Below, in pieces: positions 16,301 through 26,992 of a stretch of DNA of 59,737 nt. Source of the DNA: a virus (Duplodnaviria; Caudoviricetes); IMG/VR virus record IMGVR_UViG_3300034147_000035, positions 1-59,737 of that record. The stretch is one strand, 5' to 3'. The position numbers were made by a program, and so were the translations under genes. Under the pieces are notes generated by a model, which searched no databases, had not been told where the DNA came from, and saw nothing but the letters and a program-made list of their open reading frames with translations. Within the stretch, counting starts at the first letter, position 1; each line of letters starts with the position of its first letter.

Positions 16301-19300
16301 TGCGTTGGATCTCAAGGCTGATGAGGCAGACCTTGCTCTTAAAGCCGATATCACTTATGTTGACGTTGGACTTTCAGCTAAGGCAGATCAAACTTATGTA
16401 GATAATGAGCTAGTACTCAAAGCAGATCAGATCTATGTTGATGATCAGCTAGCTGATAAAGCTAACATCACTGATGTGCAAACTGCTCTCGCAGGGAAAG
16501 CAGATGCTACTGATCTCAGTGCAGGATTAAACCTCAAAGCTAACCTCGCTGGAGGCAATGTCTTCACAGGTATCCAGCAGTTTCAAGATCAGGCAGCAGT
16601 CCCGTATGAAATTTTCGGACCGACTTGGGATGGTGTGAATACCCTACCGACTAAAGCTGCTCTTTATACTAAATTCCTTTCTGTAGAACAAGCTATTCTC
16701 GGAGCACTTGTTTATCAAACGGTATGGGATGCTTCTACCAATACTCCGCCAATCCCAGATGCCGAGCCAGAGAATAAAGGCTGGTATTATAAAGTCAGTG
16801 TCGCTGGCTCTACCGATATAGATGGTATCACCGATTGGCAAGTTGGTGATTGGATTGTTAGTAACGGTGCGACTTGGGACAAGATTGATAACGCGGAAAC
16901 TGTTTCTAGTGTTAATGGTAAGATTGGTGCAGTTGTCATTTCCAAGGATGACGTTGGCTTAGGGAATGCTGATAATACTTCTGATTCTGCGAAACCAATT
17001 AGTGTTGATACTCAGGCGGCGCTGGATCTTAAAGCCCCGCTTGTTCACACTCATGTTATTGCTGATACTGTAGGGTTACAGACTTCTCTTGATGCAAAGG
17101 CTCCAGTTTCTCACACCCATGGAATAAGTCAAGTCGTAGGCTTGCAGACAGAACTAGACGGTAAGGCTCCGCTAGTTCACACTCACGTTATTGCCGATAC
17201 TACAGGACTTCAAGCTGCGTTGGACGGTAAGGCTTTACTTGTTCACACCCATAATATGTCTGACGTCATTGGTCTTGAGGATCAGCTCGCAGACATTCGC
17301 GCGGATATGGGTGGGTATCAACCCGCAGGATCTTATGCCCCACTAGTTCATACTCATGCTCTTGCAGATGTGAATGGTCTTGAGGATGAGCTTGATAATA
17401 AAGCTCCGCTGGTTCACACTCACGTTATCGCTGATACCACAGGACTTCAAATTGCTCTAGATGGTAAGCAGCCACTAGGTTCTTATGCTCCGCTAGTTCA
17501 CACTCATGTTATTTCAGATGTGTCTGGCTTAGATGATATACTTAACAATAAGGCTCCATTAGTTCACGTCCACCCAATTAGTGACATCACTAATCTGCAG
17601 ACTACCCTTGATGGAAAACAGCCTGTTGGAAATTATTCGCTAGTCGGGCACGTTCACCCCATCACAGAAATTACTGGACTTCAGGCTGCGCTTGATAGTA
17701 AGCAACCCGCAGGATCCTATGCGCCTCTGGTTCATACTCATGTGATTGCCGATGTAACGAATTTACAAACTTCGTTGGATTCAAAGCTGGACGATAGTCA
17801 GGCTGGGACATTTGGCTTGGCTCTTCTCGGGTCGGCTAATATGGCAGCAGCGAAGACCACTTTGTCATATACCAAGGCGGATATTGGTTTAATCAATGTA
17901 GATAATACGAGTGATCTTAATAAGCCTGTTTCAATTGCGACTCAGCTTGAATTGGATGGCAAGGCTAGTGTAACTCACTCTCATGTCGCGGACGATGTGG
18001 AAGGTCTGGTAGATGCTCTCATTGCAAAGCTGGATGATAGCCAGCTAGGTCAACCATATGGAGTTGCTTCTCTTGGTCCAGATGGAAAGGTACCAACGGA
18101 ACAGCTTCCGGCTCCGTCAGTAGCAGGAGTCACTAGCTTTAATTCTCGTATAGGTGCCGTATCTCTTCTCAGTGGAGATGTGATTACTGCGCTAGCTTAT
18201 ACTCCAGCGAGTGATGCACTCTTTAACAACACAGTCAAAGGTCTTACTCCTCCCAGTGGTGGCGGAACTACTGCATTCCTTCGTGCTGATGGAAACTGGG
18301 CTGTCCCTCCAGGTGGAACTGGCGGCGGCGGCGATGCTATCTGGGGTTCTATCACTGGTACTCTTACCGATCAAGCGGATCTTGTTAATGCCTTGAATGC
18401 CAAGCTAGATCTCACTGGCGGAACTTTGACTGGTGACCTCACCATCAGTAAAGCTCTGCCGAATATCATTATTAATCCGACTTCAGGGAATGCTTTCTTC
18501 AATCTTCGTGCGACCAATGGTGGTAATGATGGATTGAATCTTGTGGCTTCTGCGGCATCAGGAGTCTTCTTCCGATCAGATAGTACCACGTTCTCCAACA
18601 GGGCGAATAGCACACAGTATATGACTCTGGGTGCGGCTGGTTTGAATGTGGTCACTGGCAATCTTTCAGTCGCTGGGGTAAATGTCTCACTCGTCGGTCA
18701 TACTCATGTGATCGCAGATGTGACCGGTCTCCAGACTGCACTTGACGGGAAGCAGGCTGCGGGGAGTTATGCTCCTCTGGTTCATACTCACATAATTGCA
18801 GATGTGACCGGTCTCCAAAGCGGACTGAATTCCAAAGCTAATCTCGCTGGAGGTAATACCTTCACAGGCGACCAGACTGTTCGTACGTCTGACCCAGCCA
18901 TTAATCTATGGGGCGATGGCTTCACTACTAACCTTAATTTCCGCAACACTTATTCCAGTGTCGATTATCTTGTCGGCACCATCACCAGCTATCTCGGAAC
19001 AGGCTTGCAGGTGAACGGTTATTCGACCGTTCAGTTTCGGGCGAACAACGAGATTATTTCAATCATCAGTCCGGCCGGAATGCAAATGCAACCGGGCAAG
19101 ACTTTACTTGTCAATGACGAAGCCTATGGTGCGAGTTGGGATGGTAGCCTTGATGTCCCAGCAAAGAATGCGGTTTATGACAAGATTGAATTGATATCTA
19201 CCGCTCTTGCTGGTAAAGCATCACTAGTCCACACTCACGTGATTGCAGATGTCACAGGACTCCAGACTGCTTTGGATGGGAAGCAAGCAGCGGGAAGTTA

Positions 19301-22300
19301 TGCACCTCTGACTCATACTCATGTGATTGCGGATGTTACTAATCTACAGACTCAACTAGATGGAAAGCAGCCGGTCGGTTCGTATGCGCCTTTGGTTCAT
19401 ACTCATAGCATTTCAAATATCACTGGCCTTCAAACTGCATTGGATTCTAAGCAACCTGCTGGATCTTATCAGCCAGCCGGAGACTATGCTGCATCAACTC
19501 ACACGCATGTAATTGATGATGTTACTGATCTTCAACCAGCACTTGATTTAAAGGCTGATACCACAGATCTTAATGCTTATTATCTCACGACCGGTGGAAC
19601 GCTAACTGGTAATGTCTCCATCTCTTCGGCTAATCCGGCTGTCACTCTTAATCCTACTTCTGGAACGAGTGTTATTGATCTTCGTGGTACAGCTAGCACG
19701 AATGATGGAATGCGTCTACAGGGAGGTGTCGGGGCATTCGGGTTCATTCGTAGCGATACATTGACTTTTACTAATCGTGCTAATAGCACTACGTTCGCTA
19801 CTCTGGCTTCTAGTGGATTTAATCTTGTCGCTGGTACATTATCACAGGGTGGAGTCGCTGTCAGCCTAGTCGGTCACACTCACCCGAACTTTACTAGTTC
19901 TGTAGCTGGCTTCGCTCCTGCTAGCGGTGGGAATGCGTCCCATTTCTTAAGTGCTGATGGGACTTGGAAAGCTCCTACAGTTCCAGCGGGTACAGTCGCT
20001 TGGGGAGCGGTCACAGGTACACTATCCGATCAAGCGGATCTTACTGCTGCTTTGAATGCTAAGGCAAATCTGGAGGGCGGTAATCTCTTCACTGGTGACC
20101 AGACTATCAACGCTGATTACACAGTAATTCAGAGTGCTGATGCAAGTACTCTGTATGGTATGTTCAGCGCTGATGGCTTTGAAACCCCGTTTATCTCAGC
20201 CAATGATATTTATGCCGATCGGATGGCCATCTCAGGTACTCTTGATCCAAACTACAAACTGTATATCTCTACTAACAAAGCGATTCGTTTTGGTTCTACT
20301 AGTGCGGCTTGGTCTGCCCCTCTCATCTGGGGTGAACAGGCTCCGATATCATGGGCTATCACACCGGATCTTTCTACTCTAGCTTTGGGAACCTCTAGTA
20401 ACCATAACGTGAGCTTCCGTCGTGGGGGGACGGAACGACTTCTGCTTACTGATACCGGAGCGAATGTCGCTGGTACGTTGACTGTCAATGGCTCACCTGT
20501 AAGTCTTCTCAGCGATCTTGCTAATTACGTTCCTCTAACTCAGAAGGGTGCGATTGATGGCGTTGCTCCGCTGGACGGTACTGGAAAGGTCGCGTCAGCT
20601 TATCTACCGAGCTATGTTGATGATGTCATTGAAGTAGCGAATTACGCTGCTCTTCCTGTGACTGGTGAAGCAGGTAAAATCTATGTTACCCTGGACAACA
20701 ACTATCAGTATCGTTGGTCTGGTTCTACTTATGTTCAACTCGGCGCTGCGGGAGGAGCAGCGGTGTGGGGTGCGATCACTGGTACGCTTTCGGCTCAGAC
20801 TGATTTGAATACTGCGTTGAATTCTAAGTTTGACAAATCCGGGGGCACAGTTTCCGGCCACTTGACTCTGTCTACAACTAACCCGACATTGACCTTGCAG
20901 GGCGACGCGTCAAGTTACTATGGCGGTATCTATATCAACGGCGCAGCGTGGCAATCTAGCATCACTCCCTATGGGGGTCTTAACTTTGACACGACTGGCC
21001 TTCTCAATTTCCTGACTGATGGCGTGTCGCGGATGCATATTGCGGACACCTATATCTCTTCTCAGGTGCCTGATGTGTATGTCGGTGCGAGCAACATCGC
21101 CGGACAGACGGCTAATTTCCACCTTCGCAGCACTACTGCTGTAGCTAACCTTTACTTCAAGTCCTACAATGCTGATGGCAGCGGCGAGGCTGTTGATGGG
21201 GTCCTGTCTAGCTATCGTGGTTCAGGTCTCCAGCTTAATGGTAATTCAACAGTTGAGTTGAGAGCTAACGGTGGAACTGTTGCCACGGTTGCTCCAACGG
21301 CAATCGTCATGGCGGCAGGCAAGACTCTTCTTGTTAATGATGAAGCCTATGGGGCGAGCTGGGATGGTTCAAATGATGTTCCGACTAAGAACGCACTCTA
21401 CGATAAAATCCAGACGCTAGGCGCTGGAGGTGGCGGTTCTACTTCGGATACTGCTTACGGTCCTAGTTGGGATGGGGCAACTACTGTTTCTCCTTCGCAG
21501 AACGCAGTCTATGATAAGATTGAATCTGTCATAGCTACGATCCCGGCGGCGACCTCAAGTATCGTTGGGATCACCGGGACTTTAGCCCAATTTAACACCG
21601 CGCTGACCGATGGTGATTTCGCGGTGCTCGCGGCTAACACCTTCGTAGGCGACCAGACTATCAATGCTGCGCTCACCGTCGCGTCTGGTGCCAGCACCAT
21701 CGGTATTTCGCCGTCGTCAGGCACACTCAATCTCGGTAACAGCAGCGGCACTGGCCCGATTGTCGTCGGCGCGGTCAGCGGCACTGGCCTGATCACGGTT
21801 GGCCGCTCTACTCTTACACAGTCTCTTCGCTTATCCGCAGGTGCAACCTCCTCCGGCAACACCAAGACCATTGACCTCGGCACAGGTGGGTTGGCTGGCT
21901 CGACTACTGTTATCAACATCGGCTCGGCAACCAGCACGACCACGGTTACGGTTGGCGGATCACTAGTCAACATAAAGGCGCAAGGAACATCGCTGACTGC
22001 TACTGATCAAATACAGCTGAGGGAACCCGGCCTCTCCTCTGGCTATATGTTCAATATGGGTTATCTCAATGCTGTTGGAGGAAATGGCTGGCAGGGTGCT
22101 CTTGATGTGCTTCAGGGAGGCGTTGGGGGTTTCCTGACTCTTAATCCGTCTGGTGGGACGGTTGTCTCTGGAGGGCCTTTCCGTGTTCCGGATGAAGCTT
22201 ATGCGGCGGCGTGGGATGGAAAGCTGGAAGTCCCTACCAAAAATGCGGTCTATGATAAAATTGAATCTGTCATCGCGACAATTCCTGCTGCACCTTCAAC

Positions 22301-24806
22301 AGTCATTTCTAATACTATCTATGGAGCTGGCTGGAATGGCGTCACAACCATCGCTCCATCACAAAACGCCGTCTATGATGAAATGGAGCTTAGGTATCTT
22401 AAGACAGGTGGTACTCTCACTGGTAACGTAACAGTCAGTCTCGCTAATGCGGCGCTGACACTTAATCCAGTCACCGGTTCTACTGTCCTTGATCTTCGCG
22501 GAACAGCTAGCACGAATGATGGTCTGCGTTTACAGGGAATAGGAGCTGAGTGCTACTTCCAGTGTGATACGACTTCATTCAAGAACCGGGCTGGCTCAGC
22601 CAATTTCATGGTTCTCAATTCTACTAATCTGGCGATGACTGTTCCTATCACTGTGCCAGATGCAGCTTATGGTCTCGGTTGGAACGGTTCTACACAAGTG
22701 CCGACCAAGAATGCTGTCTATGACCAGATGGAGATTTTGAATACTGCGGTTGTCGCCAAAGCGAATACTACTGATCTTGCGAACTACGTTCCTAAGACAT
22801 TCGCTGGTACGAATACAATTCAGGCGACAGGTGCTTCGGGTAATGTAGTTGTAGAACAGACTGTGGGTACTTATGGCGGAACTCGCCTAACTGTTCAGTC
22901 AGTCACTGGCTGTCACGGTGCCCAATTTGAAAGTATCAGTGGTCTTGATCTCGTTGACTTCGCCTTTAAGATTCCTACTGGGGTGGTAAAGCTAGTTCGG
23001 CTTGAGGCTCGTGCTGTACAACTCACTTCTCCGAACACTTGGGAATTCCAGATTGGGTCGGGTCCTGCTCCTGAACTTAAGATTGGTGATGGTGCGGTAA
23101 TCGTTAAATCGGGTCTTCAATTTAAGGTCGGCACCGCAGATGTCATCACTTCTCTCGGTGGTACCCTCACTGGAGATCTTGTTGTTCCTGATGAAGCCTA
23201 TGGCGCTGGCTGGAACGGCTCAATGGAAGCACCGACTAAGAATGCAGTCTACGATAAAATTGAAACGCTAGGGTCTGGTGGCGGTGGTCTCACCGACGGC
23301 GACAAGGGTGATGTGCTTGTAGCTTCGTCTGGTGCATCGCTGACTGTCCAGAGCGCGGCTGGTAACTTCAACTGTGTTGGTCAGCTTCAGCTTGATAGTG
23401 GCGGTGGCAATCAGATACGAATCAAGGCCGCTGGTACCGTACCGACAGTTCTTCATCGTGTAGATAGTGCCAACTACTACACTCTGTTGACCGACGCTGG
23501 TGCTGCGGCGAGTGATACATGGAATACCTTGCGCCCGCTCTACATTAACTTGACTTCTGGCCTTCTGGCCTCGGCTAATGGTCAAAGTTTCGGTGGCGGG
23601 ACAACTGTCACCAGCACACTAGCTGTCAGCGGAGCAGCTACATTCAGCACGACTGTCGGTATCGCCAGCAACCTGAGCTTGTCCAGTGCAACCCCGGTAA
23701 TTCTATTCGGGCCGGGACCACATGCACGAATCAGTTCTACTACCACCATGTTGAATTTCCGTGGCTATGCTCATCACTGGGAGCGGGAGAGTGATGGCGC
23801 GACCTTAATGGACTTATCCAACGGTGGCAGTCTGTCATTCCCCGGTACTCTGGTAGTCGGTAGTACGATCAGTAGCGGAGGGAACATCTCTGGGCAGAGT
23901 GCAACATTTATCAACAGTGCAGGAACTTTTGCGGGTTCGAATGTTTCCTCCACTATTGAGGCACGAGCAGTAGATGGTGCTTCATGTGCTTCAATCGCAT
24001 TACATCGTCCAGGTCAGGTGGCGATGCATCTTGCGCTTGATGGAGATGGCCTGTTTAAGATTGGCGGTTGGAGCTGGTCGTTCAGTAACCCTCCGTTGAC
24101 ACTGAGCAGCGGTGGTAATCTATCTCTTGCAGGCAACGTCAATGCTGTCGGCACTGTAACAGCGGCGGTGTTCACAACCGGAGGGGCAAGCGCCTGTCTC
24201 AATTTAACTGACCGAGACGGTAGTGGTACTGCCATTCTCTATAACCAAGCCGACACCTTCCGGGTCTATTTCAGCGGTGACCAATTCGCTGTCACTAGCG
24301 CGGGTAATGGATCATTTGCAGGAACATCTCTTACCGTCGGCGGGGTAGAGGTTGTAAAGGCCGGTCTAGCTACAGCCTCCGGTTTGACAATGGCTGCGAC
24401 GAACCGATTCCTAGGCCGTGACACGGCAGCGGCTGGTCCGGTCGAGGAACTCACCGCTGCTGCCGCAATGACTATACTCGGTGCGGCACCGGATACTCCT
24501 CGCGTCGGTACTTCGACTTCAGCTGCAACTCTAGTCCCTGTCGCTACCAATGACATGACCACCCGCACGACGCAGACGGTTACGCTGGCAGTCTCAGCAC
24601 CGACAGGCACAGCGGTCAATGGATTCGGCCATGTCGTCAGGATCAAGGCAACTGCCGCCATTGCGGTATCGTGGAACGCAGCCTATCGGGCAGTAGGTAT
24701 CACACTTCCGACTTCAATTGCTCTTAACAAGACGATCTACGTTGGTATGATCTATAATAGTGCTGACTCTGTGTGGGATTGTGTCTCTTTGTCGGTGATG
24801 GCATAA
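13308..24806 (+). CDS. Giant repeat-rich fibre protein (3832 aa)
   Basis: Dozens of 13-aa KADxxYVDxxLAx repeats; about 18 HxH fibre repeats; 12 PDExYGxxWxxxxxxPTKNAxYD units; 5 GDKGDV units. Confidence 0.85.
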   Translation: MSEVLVLRKQSEVTIIRSEKLTTSHTTEVISEVTFIRTEPVSCVFTTVPLTEVVIKNYPVSEVVIIRGSLGGGVTNGDKGDVIVTNAGSPEENWEVPELDFKADKTYVDSELAEKADITYVDASLAVKADKTYVDSELSEKADITYVDAGLATKVDTDDANAALALKADITYVDAENAEQDAAIALKADQVYVDDELALKANLVGDDFTGPVTVPDEPYGSSWNDSTQVPTKNAVYDQLESLKLGGSSVDTFDFDFSTNTEEPPNSKQIRLDVTNASDATKIWVYHLTNNNFDPALMLASIKVGSDILLQDQADSSINHRYNVIDSVENKGTYSEIPVEWLEGSNSFVNNRDTLLAIIRIAEPAMPLTGGEFTGDIAVPDDPYGPTWDGNTDVPTKNALYDKIETLGTGQGTGVTDGDKGDVVVSGEGEVWEVPELDNKADTTYVDAGLATKADYDDTVSALATKASISYVDIGLATKADEAQVEADLAEKADITYVDASLAVKADKNYVDSELAEKADLTYVDASLASKADIAYVDAGLATKADQEDLDAKADAADLDNYMPKTGGQFTGDIYVPDEAYGPAWNENFDVPTKNALYDKIETIESGVGGIVGITDGDKGDVVVSGNGEVWEVPELDTKANVEDLDAKADKSYVATQLAEKADLAYVDSELAEKADTTYVDTELAGKADITYVDSELAEKADITYVDSELAEKASTADLTLKADITYVDTELAEKADIIYVDSELAEKADTTYVDTELAGKADLAALDEKADLAYVDASLASKADVSYVDAELATKADLDDLADYAATGDVNAALALKADTIYVDTELTKKADLIYTNEQLAQKANTAYVDSKLVLKADISYVESELATKAETADVNAALDLKADEATVNAELAGKANTSDVNAALALKADVDDLDDKANITGDDFLGPVTVPDEPYGPSWDDSTQIPTKGALYDKLQAIEAGSHIPDGDKGDVVVSDGGTVWLVPDLALKADAAQVQAALDLKADEADLALKADITYVDVGLSAKADQTYVDNELVLKADQIYVDDQLADKANITDVQTALAGKADATDLSAGLNLKANLAGGNVFTGIQQFQDQAAVPYEIFGPTWDGVNTLPTKAALYTKFLSVEQAILGALVYQTVWDASTNTPPIPDAEPENKGWYYKVSVAGSTDIDGITDWQVGDWIVSNGATWDKIDNAETVSSVNGKIGAVVISKDDVGLGNADNTSDSAKPISVDTQAALDLKAPLVHTHVIADTVGLQTSLDAKAPVSHTHGISQVVGLQTELDGKAPLVHTHVIADTTGLQAALDGKALLVHTHNMSDVIGLEDQLADIRADMGGYQPAGSYAPLVHTHALADVNGLEDELDNKAPLVHTHVIADTTGLQIALDGKQPLGSYAPLVHTHVISDVSGLDDILNNKAPLVHVHPISDITNLQTTLDGKQPVGNYSLVGHVHPITEITGLQAALDSKQPAGSYAPLVHTHVIADVTNLQTSLDSKLDDSQAGTFGLALLGSANMAAAKTTLSYTKADIGLINVDNTSDLNKPVSIATQLELDGKASVTHSHVADDVEGLVDALIAKLDDSQLGQPYGVASLGPDGKVPTEQLPAPSVAGVTSFNSRIGAVSLLSGDVITALAYTPASDALFNNTVKGLTPPSGGGTTAFLRADGNWAVPPGGTGGGGDAIWGSITGTLTDQADLVNALNAKLDLTGGTLTGDLTISKALPNIIINPTSGNAFFNLRATNGGNDGLNLVASAASGVFFRSDSTTFSNRANSTQYMTLGAAGLNVVTGNLSVAGVNVSLVGHTHVIADVTGLQTALDGKQAAGSYAPLVHTHIIADVTGLQSGLNSKANLAGGNTFTGDQTVRTSDPAINLWGDGFTTNLNFRNTYSSVDYLVGTITSYLGTGLQVNGYSTVQFRANNEIISIISPAGMQMQPGKTLLVNDEAYGASWDGSLDVPAKNAVYDKIELISTALAGKASLVHTHVIADVTGLQTALDGKQAAGSYAPLTHTHVIADVTNLQTQLDGKQPVGSYAPLVHTHSISNITGLQTALDSKQPAGSYQPAGDYAASTHTHVIDDVTDLQPALDLKADTTDLNAYYLTTGGTLTGNVSISSANPAVTLNPTSGTSVIDLRGTASTNDGMRLQGGVGAFGFIRSDTLTFTNRANSTTFATLASSGFNLVAGTLSQGGVAVSLVGHTHPNFTSSVAGFAPASGGNASHFLSADGTWKAPTVPAGTVAWGAVTGTLSDQADLTAALNAKANLEGGNLFTGDQTINADYTVIQSADASTLYGMFSADGFETPFISANDIYADRMAISGTLDPNYKLYISTNKAIRFGSTSAAWSAPLIWGEQAPISWAITPDLSTLALGTSSNHNVSFRRGGTERLLLTDTGANVAGTLTVNGSPVSLLSDLANYVPLTQKGAIDGVAPLDGTGKVASAYLPSYVDDVIEVANYAALPVTGEAGKIYVTLDNNYQYRWSGSTYVQLGAAGGAAVWGAITGTLSAQTDLNTALNSKFDKSGGTVSGHLTLSTTNPTLTLQGDASSYYGGIYINGAAWQSSITPYGGLNFDTTGLLNFLTDGVSRMHIADTYISSQVPDVYVGASNIAGQTANFHLRSTTAVANLYFKSYNADGSGEAVDGVLSSYRGSGLQLNGNSTVELRANGGTVATVAPTAIVMAAGKTLLVNDEAYGASWDGSNDVPTKNALYDKIQTLGAGGGGSTSDTAYGPSWDGATTVSPSQNAVYDKIESVIATIPAATSSIVGITGTLAQFNTALTDGDFAVLAANTFVGDQTINAALTVASGASTIGISPSSGTLNLGNSSGTGPIVVGAVSGTGLITVGRSTLTQSLRLSAGATSSGNTKTIDLGTGGLAGSTTVINIGSATSTTTVTVGGSLVNIKAQGTSLTATDQIQLREPGLSSGYMFNMGYLNAVGGNGWQGALDVLQGGVGGFLTLNPSGGTVVSGGPFRVPDEAYAAAWDGKLEVPTKNAVYDKIESVIATIPAAPSTVISNTIYGAGWNGVTTIAPSQNAVYDEMELRYLKTGGTLTGNVTVSLANAALTLNPVTGSTVLDLRGTASTNDGLRLQGIGAECYFQCDTTSFKNRAGSANFMVLNSTNLAMTVPITVPDAAYGLGWNGSTQVPTKNAVYDQMEILNTAVVAKANTTDLANYVPKTFAGTNTIQATGASGNVVVEQTVGTYGGTRLTVQSVTGCHGAQFESISGLDLVDFAFKIPTGVVKLVRLEARAVQLTSPNTWEFQIGSGPAPELKIGDGAVIVKSGLQFKVGTADVITSLGGTLTGDLVVPDEAYGAGWNGSMEAPTKNAVYDKIETLGSGGGGLTDGDKGDVLVASSGASLTVQSAAGNFNCVGQLQLDSGGGNQIRIKAAGTVPTVLHRVDSANYYTLLTDAGAAASDTWNTLRPLYINLTSGLLASANGQSFGGGTTVTSTLAVSGAATFSTTVGIASNLSLSSATPVILFGPGPHARISSTTTMLNFRGYAHHWERESDGATLMDLSNGGSLSFPGTLVVGSTISSGGNISGQSATFINSAGTFAGSNVSSTIEARAVDGASCASIALHRPGQVAMHLALDGDGLFKIGGWSWSFSNPPLTLSSGGNLSLAGNVNAVGTVTAAVFTTGGASACLNLTDRDGSGTAILYNQADTFRVYFSGDQFAVTSAGNGSFAGTSLTVGGVEVVKAGLATASGLTMAATNRFLGRDTAAAGPVEELTAAAAMTILGAAPDTPRVGTSTSAATLVPVATNDMTTRTTQTVTLAVSAPTGTAVNGFGHVVRIKATAAIAVSWNAAYRAVGITLPTSIALNKTIYVGMIYNSADSVWDCVSLSVMA

Positions 24807-25504
24807 TGAAAGCGATCGCCGCCATGTGGAATCGAGGCATTCCTCCTGGGCCTCCCCCGGCTCCAGTTGTCTCGATCTACGGTGACAGCACTTGGAATAC
24901 CGACGCGACCTCTAAAAATGTCACCTTCACTCCGGCGGTCGGCGACCTAGTAGTGGCGATTGTCGGCAAGGCCGGAGCAGCGGATGCTGGAACGATCTCC
25001 GATGATCAGGGTGGAACCTATACCAGAGCTGTAACTTTGACTCGCTCTGGTGGTTCGGACGCCATCGGAATTTTTGTCCGCGATAGTAAGATTACCTCGG
25101 CGGTCAGCACCACTGTCACCGTTCCTTCTGCGACTCACACAGGTGGAGGCATGGTCTGCTACAAAGTCACTAACATGACTAAGGTAGGAGCAGCTGCTGT
25201 TCGTAGTACAGGTGTCACCAGCAACTCACTGGCGTCAGGCACCGCTGCCAACATCTCCATGGGAGTGACTATGCTCGCCACGAGCATGGTATTCACCACC
25301 GATGCTTGTCAGTCGGCATCCAGTGCCCAGACTGGGCCGGCTGGATCAATCGGTGCTAGCGGTGGCAGTTTCAGCACCCCAGTCTTCGGCCAGAAATGCT
25401 ATGCCTATAATCCTGGTGTCCTTTCAGGAACCAATGTGACGTGGCAGTCTGGGACAAGTTCTGGGGTCCACTATGCCTGTGCTATGGAATTGGATGGATC
25501 ATGA
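24806..25504 (+). CDS. Beta-rich protein coupled to fibre gene (tip or accessory)
   Basis: TAATG overlap; Thr/Ser/Gly-rich. Confidence 0.65.
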   Translation: MKAIAAMWNRGIPPGPPPAPVVSIYGDSTWNTDATSKNVTFTPAVGDLVVAIVGKAGAADAGTISDDQGGTYTRAVTLTRSGGSDAIGIFVRDSKITSAVSTTVTVPSATHTGGGMVCYKVTNMTKVGAAAVRSTGVTSNSLASGTAANISMGVTMLATSMVFTTDACQSASSAQTGPAGSIGASGGSFSTPVFGQKCYAYNPGVLSGTNVTWQSGTSSGVHYACAMELDGS

Positions 25505-25569
25505 CTAGATTAGTAAAATGGCTGGTCAAGTAGAGCTGTCCATGCTATACTCGCCTTGAGGAGAGTGCG

Positions 25570-26100
25570 ATGTTCGAATTCACAGTAGAAACTGGGGCTG
25601 GACTTCCCAATTCGAACTCTTATGCCTCTCTGGAAGAAGCAAATGACTACTTCTCTACTCACCCTTATTATTCTGACAACTGGGATAATCTCGGCATACC
25701 CGACCGAGAACGATTTCTCATGTCTTCAACCTTCCAGCTTGATGTATTGATTACATGGGAGGGGGATATTGTCTCTGCTACACAAGCTCTTGGCTGGCCT
25801 CGTACTGGAGTCACTGATCAAGAAGGTCGAGTAATACCTTCTAATGTCGTACCGAAACAAGTGAAGATCGCTACTTTTGAGATGGCTGTCTTCAGCTCCA
25901 AGGGTGATCCCTATGCCCCATCTAGCACTGCTGGACTCGATCGCCTCAAGATAGATGTCATCGAGTTGGAATTTAATAACGATGGCAATAATGAAGGGTC
26001 GGGGAGCTTCACCGCCCTACCACCCCGCGCACTACTGCCATTGATGGGCATCGGAGAGTTTGCATACGGGGCAAATGTAAGGAAGGTCATAGTCGGTTGA
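25570..26100 (+). CDS. Head-tail adaptor (DnaT-like family)
   Basis: VETG.G..NSNSY.S.EEA..YF, QAL.WPR and P..VK.A..E.A motifs. Confidence 0.8.
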   Translation: MFEFTVETGAGLPNSNSYASLEEANDYFSTHPYYSDNWDNLGIPDRERFLMSSTFQLDVLITWEGDIVSATQALGWPRTGVTDQEGRVIPSNVVPKQVKIATFEMAVFSSKGDPYAPSSTAGLDRLKIDVIELEFNNDGNNEGSGSFTALPPRALLPLMGIGEFAYGANVRKVIVG

Positions 26101-26474
26101 GCGACAGTCTTCTCCAAGCAACCTTTGATGGTGTTGAAACGGCATTCGCTGTATGCCATGAATGGGTAAGGATCGGCACGTATAGAAAGCTAACTGGCAA
26201 TGCTGTTTACGATCCTATCACCGACACTACTTCAGACCCTGGAGCGGTCATTAGTGGCGTACGATATATACAAACCGCAGCTTCGCTTGAAGAGCGGGAA
26301 GCTTCTCCCGTTGCCATTAACGACGCCAAGTTCATTGTCCCTTCAGTAGATCTCCCAGGTGTAGAACCGGGAGAAAATGACGTCATCACTTTGGATGGTG
26401 TTGATTGGAATGTATTAGTAGATAAGTACGTTCCTGGACGACCCATTCATATCTTGTTCGCGAGGAAAGCATGA
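26097..26474 (+). CDS. Head closure protein
   Basis: YDP.T motif; size and synteny. Confidence 0.65.
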   Translation: MSDSLLQATFDGVETAFAVCHEWVRIGTYRKLTGNAVYDPITDTTSDPGAVISGVRYIQTAASLEEREASPVAINDAKFIVPSVDLPGVEPGENDVITLDGVDWNVLVDKYVPGRPIHILFARKA

Positions 26475-26992
26475 CGGCTCAAGCAATGATGCGCGTCAAG
26501 TACACGCGACCAAAGAACTTCACGCAACAAGCGACGCGTGAGGTGAATAAATTCAAACAGGATTATACGCGCCTGTTGGTCATGGGTCTGACGGATATGC
26601 AAAAATCAATTTTGCTTACTCCTGTCTATACAGGCCGCACCCTCGTCAATTTCCAGTGGAGTTTAGGAGCGCCAGTTGAGTCATCCAGAGCAGCAGTACG
26701 TGATCCGCCGAGGCCGGGAACAACAAGTGCTATGGCAATCGGTTCAGAGCCTCGCCGTCCAGCGAATGCGGCGGTCGTGGAAGCGGAGTTTGCTTCGCTC
26801 ATTGCTGCAATACGAATCAACCCGTTCCAAGATATCTACTTGGTAAATAATCTCGCACACTTCAGTGAGGTGGAGTTCGGTTCTTATTCTACTCAAGGAA
26901 GAAAGTCCCGCACTCCTCCGGGTGGCATGACTCGTCGAGGTGAGACTCTCTTTGAATACGATTTGATGGGATTCTTGAAACGTGTCTCGTGA
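26471..26992 (+). CDS. Neck or tail-completion protein (HK97 gp10-like)
   Basis: TPV.TGR...N, IYL.NN...E.G.S and P.GM motifs. Confidence 0.75.
   Translation: MTAQAMMRVKYTRPKNFTQQATREVNKFKQDYTRLLVMGLTDMQKSILLTPVYTGRTLVNFQWSLGAPVESSRAAVRDPPRPGTTSAMAIGSEPRRPANAAVVEAEFASLIAAIRINPFQDIYLVNNLAHFSEVEFGSYSTQGRKSRTPPGGMTRRGETLFEYDLMGFLKRVS

Noticed and set aside
13610-19890. DNA repeats in the fibre gene as a diversity-generating retroelement or mobile repeats
   Set aside because: They are in-frame protein repeats with synonymous divergence; no reverse transcriptase or adenine-specific TR/VR pair was seen
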